Shown one piece after another: positions 6,590 to 13,978 of a stretch of 24,564 bases of DNA. This stretch comes from an uncultured Nitrososphaerota archaeon (GTDB lineage Archaea > Korarchaeota > Korarchaeia > Korarchaeales > Korarchaeaceae). A program made the position numbers and the translations under genes. The notes under the pieces were generated by a model. That model worked only from the letters and a program-made list of their open reading frames with translations. It made no database searches and had not been told where the DNA came from. Positions within the stretch are counted from its first letter, which is position 1. Every line of letters starts with the position of its first letter. The stretch covers positions 1 through 24,564 of the forward strand of contig CAZQNA010000007.1 in assembly GCA_964594835.1 (NCBI GenBank). Reading direction: 5' to 3'.

Positions 6590-7995
6590 TGATCACCTCC
6601 CCTCACCTCGATGACGCCAGCCTCCTCGAGTGCCTGGAGTAGGTTGTCCCTGAGATGCCTGAGTCCCTCGGGGTCCTTAGACGGCCCCAATCTGCCCTTG
6701 AGGGTTAGAAGAGTTCTCCAAGTCGGTGGATTGACCTTCCCCTTCGAGTTGTAGGCTAGCTTCCGCAGATAGTGTCGGACATCCTTCTCGGGGTCGGGCT
6801 TGGCCTCTAAGCACCTCCTGACGTAGTCCTCGGCCTCCTCCCTCTCTACCAGCCCAATCCCAACCGCTGGCCCGAGAACCCTCCAGATGAGAGTCTGCCT
6901 GCCGTCAGCCGGGTAGATGCCTCCTAGGAGGACCTCTATGTAGCCGTAGCCCTCCAAGCTGGCCGGGTAGACGACCCTGAGCCCATCCACCTCCAGGACC
7001 CTCGACTCCACCTCCTCGACCTCAACCTCCACGCGCCTCCTCGAGGGCCGGGGCTTGGAGGCGCCTCTGACCCTCTCGAGGGCTCTCCTCCTCTCGACCC
7101 TCTCCCTGGCCCTCGTGAAGAGGTCCAGGAAGGCCTCGACGCCCCTCTCTCCGTCAAGGTAGCCCCAGTCTCCCGAGGCCCTGCCTAGGCCCTCGAGACT
7201 GTAGAGACGGCCAAAGTTCCTCTCGCAGAATGGAGGCCAGCCGAGTCTGGCGGGAACGCAGACCGTGCCAGTCTCGTGGGGGCTGTAGATTGCCCTGATC
7301 GTCCCGTTGGCTCGGTAGATTTGGTGGTCGAAGATCAGCCTGTACCCGGCCCTGGCGGCCCTCCTCTCCAGCATCCTGGCAAGCTCTGAGTAGACCGCCC
7401 AGACATCGCCAGACATCAGCGACCTGAGCCTCTCTGACCCAAGGGAGCCGAGGGCCGAGAGTTCAAGATAGCCGTGAACCCCACCATGCGTCAGGACCCA
7501 TCTAATTCGGATTCCGCGCTCCCTCAGCCACCCGTCAAGAAACCTGAGGCCTTCCCACGCCTCGAGCCTCCTGGGCTGATGCTTCCAATCAAGGTCAAGG
7601 GTGAAGTCGACGATCACGGTCTCGTCCATGTAGAGCCTGTGGAGGGTCAGGAAGAAGCAGGGGATGGTCAGGTCCATCGAGAGTCCGCTCACCACGGCCC
7701 TGAAGCGCTTGAGATCCGTGGTGACCCTGAGGCGGGAGAAGATCCCGTCAGATCTATTCCCAACTTGGAACTCCCTGAAGGTCAGGATCTCCCTCCCTTC
7801 AAGCTCCATGGGCCTCTCGACCTGCCTCCAGATCACGGAGAGCAGGTCGTCGAGCGCCAGTCTGATCCTCCTGATCCTCTCCAGCCTCTCGGCCTCGTGG
7901 TCGGGTCTCGGTACCGGCAGGTCCTGCCTGAGGATTGCCAGCTTCTCCTTGACCTCGGGCGATAGCTTCTTGATCTCCACAGCCTGTCTGCTCAT
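6586..7995 (-). CDS. Archaeo-eukaryotic primase (AEP/PriS-like) with a PriX-like C-terminal domain
   Basis: DFTLDLD (DxD motif I), THGGVH (motif II), FDHQIY...IRAIYSPHETG (motif III region); C-terminal YIEVLL...DGRQTLIWRVLGP...EEAEDYVRRC recalls PriX. Confidence 0.75.
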   Translation of the reverse strand: MSRQAVEIKKLSPEVKEKLAILRQDLPVPRPDHEAERLERIRRIRLALDDLLSVIWRQVERPMELEGREILTFREFQVGNRSDGIFSRLRVTTDLKRFRAVVSGLSMDLTIPCFFLTLHRLYMDETVIVDFTLDLDWKHQPRRLEAWEGLRFLDGWLRERGIRIRWVLTHGGVHGYLELSALGSLGSERLRSLMSGDVWAVYSELARMLERRAARAGYRLIFDHQIYRANGTIRAIYSPHETGTVCVPARLGWPPFCERNFGRLYSLEGLGRASGDWGYLDGERGVEAFLDLFTRARERVERRRALERVRGASKPRPSRRRVEVEVEEVESRVLEVDGLRVVYPASLEGYGYIEVLLGGIYPADGRQTLIWRVLGPAVGIGLVEREEAEDYVRRCLEAKPDPEKDVRHYLRKLAYNSKGKVNPPTWRTLLTLKGRLGPSKDPEGLRHLRDNLLQALEEAGVIEVRGGDQ

Positions 7996-8279
7996 CTCTC
8001 CCGCCTCCCAAAGAGCATCTCTGAGCCATCGAAGAGGATCAGCACTAGGGAGCCATCGGGCATCTTCTCCAGCCTACCAACGCCTAGGAAGGCGAGCCAG
8101 GTCTCGGATGTCTCTGCTTCGACCAAGGCCGATGTCAATTCCTCCAAGTTCTTACCAGTCGCTTTCGAGATCTCCTCGAGTGCCACGGCAAGCTCTTCAT
8201 CTCCGCCCTCGACCCACGACCACCATGCCCTGAGAGCCAGACCCTGGAGGTCGGCTTCTTCGATCGAGAGGGTCCTCAC
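7992..8279 (-). CDS. Small acidic hypothetical protein (95 aa) between helicase and primase
   Basis: GTGA/ATGA overlaps with both flanking genes. Confidence 0.65.
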   Translation of the reverse strand: MRTLSIEEADLQGLALRAWWSWVEGGDEELAVALEEISKATGKNLEELTSALVEAETSETWLAFLGVGRLEKMPDGSLVLILFDGSEMLFGRRER

Positions 8280-10447
8280 TCGCTCACCCCCCTGAGTTGG
8301 GCCTCAATCCACGCCTTTACTGCCTCCAAACCTCTCTCGTCGCTCAACTTCCTGAGTCTAGCAAAGAGAACCGCTATATCTCCCTCACTCGGCTCTTCCC
8401 CGCCTTTCAAGACTTTGAAAAACTCCCTCAGAGCCTCACGGAGATCCTCGTCTCTCCTCCAGCTTAGTCCATGCTCTCTCCAGATCCCGATTGCTCGGTT
8501 GGCCCAATGAAGCGCTCTGAAAAGCTCTCTTGAATGTGCATATGACCCCTTGTCTTCGAAGGCGCCGGAAATGTCGGAAGCGCCGGAAGTGGCGGAAGCC
8601 CTTTCTAGCGTTTCGGTCTTTTCCGACATTTTCGGCAGCTTTGGAGACAAAGATCCATCACCAACTTTGAGTGGGTCAGCCTCTTCCCTCCAAGAGCCGA
8701 GAGGCTCGATGTCCTGAATGGGCTCGGCTTCATGGAAGATCACGTGAAGTCTTCCATCCACCCGCTTCAGCTCGAGCCCGAAGAATCGCTTTAGGCGTTC
8801 GTTATGGCGATCTGGGTTGCGCCTAAGCACATCGTGAATGATCTTCGAGAAATAAAGCCCCGAGGAGGGCGTGTAGTGCCGAGAAAATGCTAGGAGATCG
8901 ATCTCAGCCCCTCTCTCAATCTTCCCTGCCCTCCTAGCGTGCTCGCACGCACTAATGATCTCTTTGAGGTAAGTAGGCAGAGCCTCGAACGTAGCCCTGA
9001 CCTGCTTCGACCACGTTTCCTCCCAAGTTGCATTAATGGCCTTCAGGCTCGCGAGAACATCGTTTAGATAGTCAAGGAGCAGGTCTTCGGCCAGCGCCAA
9101 GAGTTCGTTAACACACATCTCGCCCAGGGCTAGATCTTTGAGTTGGCGAAAGATCGCGGCTCTCAGAGCCGCGTTTCTGAGCCTCACCTGGCCCGCGGTG
9201 ACGAAATTCCCAAGGAAGTCGCTGACAAGTTCATCGTCGATCCCTTTGATTGCATCGAGCGCCAAGTCCCTCCATGCGTCCATTGGACGGTTTAGCCAAT
9301 CCCAGACCGCCGGATCAGCGTAAATAGCCTCAATCTGAGGGCGAGCTAACTCCTCGACGGCGCGCGCGATCTCGATTGCAGCCCGCCACTCAGCCCTCTC
9401 TTGTGGACTGAGCTTCCTCTTCAAGGGTTGAGCATCCTTGAAATAATAGATTAAGCCGAATCGACGGCCCAGAGATGGATTTAGTGTCAGTTTACTGATC
9501 AAATGCCCAAAGGACCTAGCACTCTCGCCCACGCCAGGGTTCGCCAGAAAGATCAGAAGCCCGCCAAACCGCACACTGAAGTTTGTGCCTCCTGTAGAAA
9601 TCCGCGCCACGCCCGTCTCGCCTAAATCAAAGAGATAGCGGGCAATCGCCCACGCAGATTGTTCGTCGATTTGATCTATAGCATAAGGAAGATCCACTCC
9701 GTCCAAGGAGCCCGGATAAATCTCCTTCCCCGATTTGGCATATCCCAAGAGTCCGTTTGCCGTAACCTTCGCGTCATGCCTCCCAGCAAGCTCGTAAAAC
9801 TCCGATTTTCCAATCCCGCTCGGTGCGGCCACGAGGGCCCAGGGCTCGGCCTGAGGGACAACCCCGCGCAGGAAGGTAGCCTCGCGTAGCCTTAGAAGCC
9901 TAGGGTCGACTCCCTCGCCTCTCTCGTTCTCCTCCCTGCTGAATCCAAAGCCGACGACCGCGTTCACGGCCTCAGCCCAGTCAAGATTACGAACGAGTTT
10001 TGGATCCTTGAGGAGCCCTACCGGGCGGTAGAGAACCTTCCCCAGGCTTTGGAGGAAGTTTAGTGCTTCCCTCCACTTATCTCTTCCCCTCTGACCCTCA
10101 TGTGAGGTCCAGCCCCAGTCTTGGGCAACTCGCACGAGAATCTGCCGAACTGCGGGATAGGCCTCACCTAACTCCTCGATCTCGGCCACATCTGGCCCAT
10201 CCAGCAATTCCAAGGCGAGGCAAAGGTCTCCAGGGCTGATCAGGTCATCACGGTCATAGATAAGGACAGGAGGCGCAGTCCTATGCACGGCACCCTTCCA
10301 CAGGCGCGCCCCAATGCCCGCTGAGGATAGGCTCGTTGAATTCAGGCCCAAGCGCGGCTCTGTGAACTCGAGTCTGACATATCCGAGTTCAACTCTTGGA
10401 TTGAGAAGTTCGCGTGCGAGTTCGCGCCACGCACGCACCTCATTCAT
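8276..10447 (-). CDS. Divergent MCM-like AAA+ helicase
   Basis: APSGIGKS Walker A, TANGLLG...PGSL helix-2 insert region, AIDQIDE Walker B variant, ANP sensor-1, LGRRF Arg finger, VRL sensor-2; next to a primase. Confidence 0.75.
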   Translation of the reverse strand: MNEVRAWRELARELLNPRVELGYVRLEFTEPRLGLNSTSLSSAGIGARLWKGAVHRTAPPVLIYDRDDLISPGDLCLALELLDGPDVAEIEELGEAYPAVRQILVRVAQDWGWTSHEGQRGRDKWREALNFLQSLGKVLYRPVGLLKDPKLVRNLDWAEAVNAVVGFGFSREENERGEGVDPRLLRLREATFLRGVVPQAEPWALVAAPSGIGKSEFYELAGRHDAKVTANGLLGYAKSGKEIYPGSLDGVDLPYAIDQIDEQSAWAIARYLFDLGETGVARISTGGTNFSVRFGGLLIFLANPGVGESARSFGHLISKLTLNPSLGRRFGLIYYFKDAQPLKRKLSPQERAEWRAAIEIARAVEELARPQIEAIYADPAVWDWLNRPMDAWRDLALDAIKGIDDELVSDFLGNFVTAGQVRLRNAALRAAIFRQLKDLALGEMCVNELLALAEDLLLDYLNDVLASLKAINATWEETWSKQVRATFEALPTYLKEIISACEHARRAGKIERGAEIDLLAFSRHYTPSSGLYFSKIIHDVLRRNPDRHNERLKRFFGLELKRVDGRLHVIFHEAEPIQDIEPLGSWREEADPLKVGDGSLSPKLPKMSEKTETLERASATSGASDISGAFEDKGSYAHSRELFRALHWANRAIGIWREHGLSWRRDEDLREALREFFKVLKGGEEPSEGDIAVLFARLRKLSDERGLEAVKAWIEAQLRGVSE
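8562..8638. repeat. Opposed 9-bp iteron-like arrays inside the MCM-like gene
   Basis: GCGCCGGAA-ATGTCGGAA-GCGCCGGAA-GTGGCGGAA (8562-8597), then inverted units; CCGGAAATGTCGGAA (8565-8579) vs TTCCGACATTTTCGG (8621-8635) is a 14/15 inverted match. Confidence 0.85.
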
Positions 10448-10675
10448 CTAGCCTCCCTCCTTGCCCTCCTCGAGGGCCTCAGCGATGAGTTGCAAAATGG
10501 CGCGCTCTATTGGCGTGAGTAGGGGATCTAGAGCCTTCAGTTCCTCCTTATTGGCAAGGAGGTTGCGTATTTTTGTTCGCGTCTCTGGGTCGTTAATGTT
10601 AAAAGCAGGGGCTTCTCCACTTCTCTTGGCCGCGGGGGAACTTCCAGAGTTGAAAATTGGCTCAGGTGGCATCAA
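10448..10675 (-). CDS. Small hypothetical protein (75 aa)
   Basis: GGAGGTG/GGGAG SD-like sequence upstream; stop directly abuts the MCM start; ends in GGAGG serving as the MCM RBS. Confidence 0.65.
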   Translation of the reverse strand: MMPPEPIFNSGSSPAAKRSGEAPAFNINDPETRTKIRNLLANKEELKALDPLLTPIERAILQLIAEALEEGKEGG

Positions 10676-10871
10676 CTCCCACCTCCGCGGCCAACCCTAG
10701 CCTTATACCTCTCCTCTCACATTCTCTCCGGACCAACTCGCGTAGAAGTTCTGATTTTGTGGCGTATCCTAGATTCTTGGCCAGCTGCTCTAAGGCCTCA
10801 TCCAGCCAAGTTGGCACCCTAACAAACCAAATCTTCACATCCTCAGCATGGCTCAGGTGGCATCAACTCCC
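10658..10871. repeat. Exact 23-bp direct repeat TGGCTCAGGTGGCATCAACTCCC (10658-10680 and 10849-10871)
   Basis: Read directly; copies are 191 bp apart. Confidence 0.95.
10662..10838 (-). CDS. Ribbon-helix-helix (CopG/MetJ-like) protein, 58 aa, absent from the ORF track
   Basis: Manual translation from GTG 10838: VKIWFVRVPTWLDEALEQLAKNLGYATKSELLRELVRRECERRGIRLGLAAEVGVDAT*; beta-strand + helix + G-x-T/S-K-S-E-L-L-R RHH signature. Confidence 0.85.
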   Translation of the reverse strand: MKIWFVRVPTWLDEALEQLAKNLGYATKSELLRELVRRECERRGIRLGLAAEVGVDAT

Positions 10872-10933
10872 GAGGGGCGCGGCCCTATAGTTGCAGAGGG
10901 CTTAGCCCCTCGCAAATATGCCCGCAAGCAGGA

Positions 10934-10947
10934 ATATTTAAGCTCTT
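10934..10947 (-). promoter_or_regulatory. BRE-TATA promoter (GAAGAGCTTAAATA) for the leftward replication operon
   Basis: Consensus-like TTAAATA with a purine-rich BRE, upstream of the RHH gene that begins a tightly coupled gene run. Confidence 0.65.
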
Positions 10948-11006
10948 CCTGGCTAGATACAACTCTGTCCAGTTACCGGAAAATAGCGAAGAGAGGGCTG
11001 AGAACC

Positions 11007-11055
11007 TGAGTAAAGTTGAGTAAGACTTACTGAGCCTTACTAAGGCAGGGTAAAG
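11007..11055. repeat. 10-bp-phased AGTAA/TTACT dyad array
   Basis: AGTAAAGTTGAGTAAG-A-CTTACTGAGCCTTACT (11009-11041, 13/16 inverted match) plus the GCCTTA-C-TAAGGC palindrome (11034-11046). Confidence 0.75.
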
Positions 11056-11108
11056 CCTAGTGAGGTTCCAAAAAGTAGGTAGAAGGGAACTGGCGATAGT
11101 GCCCACCC

Positions 11109-11558
11109 TTACTGTTCCGCCAACTTACTCACGATTCTGGATTTGAGGTTTTGTACCCCCAACCAAAACCTCCGAGCCCATGGAACTGGCAGACTCTTTC
11201 TACCCTCCTCTGTGATTGCAAAGACCCCTCTCTTGACTCTTGTGACTTTCCCCTCATTTATGAGTTCCCTGAGGAGGTCATAAGTCCAAGATCTAGAGAG
11301 ACCCAACTCCTCAGCTAGCTTATCGGCCCTCTTGGGACCCTTCGCCAACTCCTCTAGGATAGCCTCTTTGGCCTCTTCAGGTCTCCACTCTGAAGTTTCA
11401 GATGCGACGAAGAAGACCCAGGCAATTGTGAGTAGAAGGAGGATGAGATCTTCTGTGAAAAATCCAACATAGATGACTTGAAACAGCCATAAAAGAGTCA
11501 TTAAGGAGCCTTTGTGCCTGTCAAACCACTTCTCCTTTCTTCTTTCCCCATTAGGCAA
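11109..11558 (-). CDS. Membrane-anchored winged-HTH protein
   Basis: Two hydrophobic segments (residues ~19-53), then EAILEELAKGPKRADKLAEELGLSRSWTYDLLRELINEGKV...ITEEG wHTH. Confidence 0.75.
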   Translation of the reverse strand: MPNGERRKEKWFDRHKGSLMTLLWLFQVIYVGFFTEDLILLLLTIAWVFFVASETSEWRPEEAKEAILEELAKGPKRADKLAEELGLSRSWTYDLLRELINEGKVTRVKRGVFAITEEGRKSLPVPWARRFWLGVQNLKSRIVSKLAEQ

Positions 11559-11564
11559 CCCTGA

Positions 11565-11765
11565 TCACCTCTCTCCAATTATCCGCTCTACTTCAGTCTC
11601 TGGCACGACGTAGATCCCGCTGGGGAGCTTTACCGCCTTGATCTTCCCTTCCTTGATCCACCTCCAGACCGTCCTCCTGCTCACGCCCAAGATCTCAGCA
11701 ACTTGGCCGAGCTTAAGGTGCCTCTCAAACTCTGTCGACTTGGTCAACTTGAGACCACCAAGCAC
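11565..11765 (-). CDS. xis: Excisionase / MerR-like HTH_17 DNA-binding protein
   Basis: LKLGQVAEILGVSRRTVWRWIKEGKIKAVKLPSGIYVVPETEVERI; directly downstream of the integrase. Confidence 0.85.
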   Translation of the reverse strand: MLGGLKLTKSTEFERHLKLGQVAEILGVSRRTVWRWIKEGKIKAVKLPSGIYVVPETEVERIIGER

Positions 11766-11776
11766 AAATGAGACAG

Positions 11777-11830
11777 AAGGTAACAGAAAAACAAGGTTGG
11801 TAACGCTTGGTAAGAGTTGGTAACGCTCTC
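11777..11830. promoter_or_regulatory. Tandem 10-bp direct repeats TTGGTAACGC-TTGGTAAGAG-TTGGTAACGC (11797-11826) plus an in-phase AAGGTAACAG (11777-11786)
   Basis: Read directly; fills the int-xis intergenic gap; the regulatory role is inferred. Confidence 0.75.
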
Positions 11831-11831
11831 T

Positions 11832-12992
11832 CTAAGAGCCCTCGAGGAGTCTCTCCTTCACGACCTTCAAGATGGCCTCCTTTACTCTCGGGTCTGAGAG
11901 CAGGGCTAGGATCTCTTGGTCAATCGCCTCCTTTTTCTCCAGAGCCCGTCTCCTGGCCCTCTCACTGAGCGGATATCCACATCGAAGGCAGAACTCCGCG
12001 TCCCGAGGGTTCACGTAACCGCAGTTCGGGCAGGCCTCGGGCCTCAGGGGGCTCTCCTCCTCGCTGACCTCCTCGGGCTCGATTCCGTGGACCTTCCTCA
12101 GCACCGCCCGCTCCACATCCCTCCCGCTGAGGTGAACGTAGACCGCGGCCATCTTCGAGTCCGCCCCCCAGCCCGCAAAGGCCTTCAGTTCCTGCTCCGT
12201 CAGCCTCTTCGCCAGCTCGGTCAGCCTTGTGTGCCTCAGCATGTGGGGGTGGACGCTCTTCCCGAGCCCTGCCCTCTCTCCGGCCCTCCTCACTATCTGG
12301 TATAGCGCCCTCCTCGTCAGGGGGCCGCCTCCCCTCTCCACGAAGAGGGGGGCGTCGGGGTCCCCGGGCCTTGGGTGGACCTGGAGCCACGCCCTGAGGT
12401 AGGGCGCGGAGTCGTGGAGGGGAATGGTCCTGACTCCCGTCTTCCCCCTGACCCTGATCCTGAGGCCGTATTCCGTGAACTCCAGGTCTCGCATCCTCAG
12501 CGAGCACAGCTCCCCGGCCCTCAGGGCGCCCTCGTAGAGCACCGCTATGGCGGCCTTGTACATCGGGTTCCTCCCGGCCTTCACCAAAGCCCTGACCTCC
12601 TCGGGGCTGAGGACCTTGTCCCTGAGGTTGTCCACCTTGGGGGGCCTGACCCTCACCTCCTCCCACGCCTCAGGGAGCTTCCCCCCGTTCCTCCACCTCA
12701 CGAGCGCGCTCAGGCGGGCGTGGTACTGCCAGGCGGTCCTCTCGCTCCTCCCTCCCGCCTTCAGCTCCGAGAGGAACTTCCTTATCGCCTCCGAGTCGGC
12801 ATCCCAGGGCATCGTCCTGATCGTCTGCCACCAGGCCCTTGCCGCGGTCAGCATGCCCAGCTGAGACTCCTGTGAGAGCCCCCTCTCCAGAAAGTAGGAC
12901 TTCAGGGTTTTTGAGAACTCATCGGGGAGCTCCCTCAGCCCCCTCTCGATCTTCTCAGCCGCGCGGGGATCCCCGACCATCGGCTGGCCCAT
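11832..12992 (-). CDS. int: Tyrosine integrase with a C-terminal zinc ribbon
   Basis: ALRAGE, GKTG, HMLRH, AGW, AVYVH catalytic motifs; CPNC...CLRC; adjacent to xis. Confidence 0.92.
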   Translation of the reverse strand: MGQPMVGDPRAAEKIERGLRELPDEFSKTLKSYFLERGLSQESQLGMLTAARAWWQTIRTMPWDADSEAIRKFLSELKAGGRSERTAWQYHARLSALVRWRNGGKLPEAWEEVRVRPPKVDNLRDKVLSPEEVRALVKAGRNPMYKAAIAVLYEGALRAGELCSLRMRDLEFTEYGLRIRVRGKTGVRTIPLHDSAPYLRAWLQVHPRPGDPDAPLFVERGGGPLTRRALYQIVRRAGERAGLGKSVHPHMLRHTRLTELAKRLTEQELKAFAGWGADSKMAAVYVHLSGRDVERAVLRKVHGIEPEEVSEEESPLRPEACPNCGYVNPRDAEFCLRCGYPLSERARRRALEKKEAIDQEILALLSDPRVKEAILKVVKERLLEGS

Positions 12993-13049
12993 GTGACACT
13001 CCCTTAAAAGGGTGGTGGTAACGTAAACATTCGGTGGCTATTAAGGTTT

Positions 13050-13895
13050 TTACGCTCCCGAACGCCCACGCATCCTGAACAGCTTCTCATACTCCCTCTT
13101 GAGGTGCCTGGTGCTCACGTGCGTGTAGATCTGGGTCGTGCTCAGGCTGGCGTGCCCAAGAAGCTCCTGGATCGCCCTTATGTCCGCTCCGGCCTCCAGC
13201 AGGTGGGTCGCCAGAGAGTGCCTCAGGGTGTGGGGCGTGACCCTCTTCTGGATGCCAGCCCTCTCCGCCGCGGCCTTCACGATCCTCTGGACCGTCCTGG
13301 GGCTGACGTCGAAGACCCTCCCGTTGGAGTTCCCAGAGCTCTCCCTCAGCGCCCTGAGCTCGCCGGCCGTCTCCGGGTCTATCAGGACCACGCGATCCTT
13401 CCCGCCCTTCCCGCTCCTGACGAGGATGACTCCGTCCTTCAGGTTAACCCGGTCCCACGTGAGCTCGCAGAGCTCGCCCACCCTCATCCCGGTCACGTAG
13501 AGCGTCCTGAGGAGCAGGCGGGAGCGGTCGTCCCCCGCGGCCTCTATGAGCCTCTCCACCTCCTCCCGGGTGAGGACCGAGGGCAGGGCCCGCCTGACGC
13601 GAGGCCTCTCCACCTCGACGGGGTTCTGCTCGACGAAGTGCCTCTGCTCCATGAACCTGTAGAACGTCCTCAGGGACGCTATGCGCCTCAGGAGGGTCCT
13701 GTCCGCGAGGCCCCTGGACCTCCTCAGGTGGGTCAGGTACCTCCAGATGTCGTCCGGTGTCGCCTCGGCGGCGTCCCTGCCGAGCCACCGCAGGAACCGC
13801 CTCACATCGTAGGAGTACTGGCGGATCGTGCCCGGCCTGTAGCCCTTCACCTCCATCCAGGTGATGAACTCGTCGAGGTAGCCCTCGCTGTCCAT
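13050..13895 (-). CDS. xerA: Tyrosine recombinase XerA (XerC/D-like); likely start ATG 13895
   Basis: SAM-like N-domain, GMRVGE, GKGGKDR, TPHTLRHSLATHLLEAGADIRAIQELLGHASLSTTQIYTHV; a TTTTAA box lies ~26-31 nt upstream of ATG 13895. Confidence 0.9.
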   Translation of the reverse strand: MDSEGYLDEFITWMEVKGYRPGTIRQYSYDVRRFLRWLGRDAAEATPDDIWRYLTHLRRSRGLADRTLLRRIASLRTFYRFMEQRHFVEQNPVEVERPRVRRALPSVLTREEVERLIEAAGDDRSRLLLRTLYVTGMRVGELCELTWDRVNLKDGVILVRSGKGGKDRVVLIDPETAGELRALRESSGNSNGRVFDVSPRTVQRIVKAAAERAGIQKRVTPHTLRHSLATHLLEAGADIRAIQELLGHASLSTTQIYTHVSTRHLKREYEKLFRMRGRSGA

Positions 13896-13978
13896 GCTCT
13901 CGATTTCTGGCGTAGGCAAGTTAAAATGGGTTCAGGAGACTTTGGATGCGCTGACTAAGTGATATCATCATTCGGTCG

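Larger units (their letters stand above)
1..13030. mobile_element. Integrated plasmid/provirus-like element (left boundary outside window, right boundary approximate)
   Basis: Integrase + excisionase at the right end, MCM-like helicase + AEP primase module, second recombinase, TA-like pair, many small hypothetical/HTH genes, mosaic base composition; housekeeping genes resume at xerA. No att duplication visible in the window. Confidence 0.8.

Noticed and set aside
10885-11106. 73-aa ORF in the track
   Set aside because: Spans a promoter and repeat array, with atypical codons and no motif; probably non-coding.
11777-11830. CRISPR array
   Set aside because: Units are 10 bp and contiguous with no spacers; no cas genes in the window.
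12993-13049. Possible dif site between xerA and int
   Set aside because: No convincing 11-6-11 inverted arms; the AT-rich part reads better as a BRE-TATA (AAAACCTTAATAG) on the minus strand for int.
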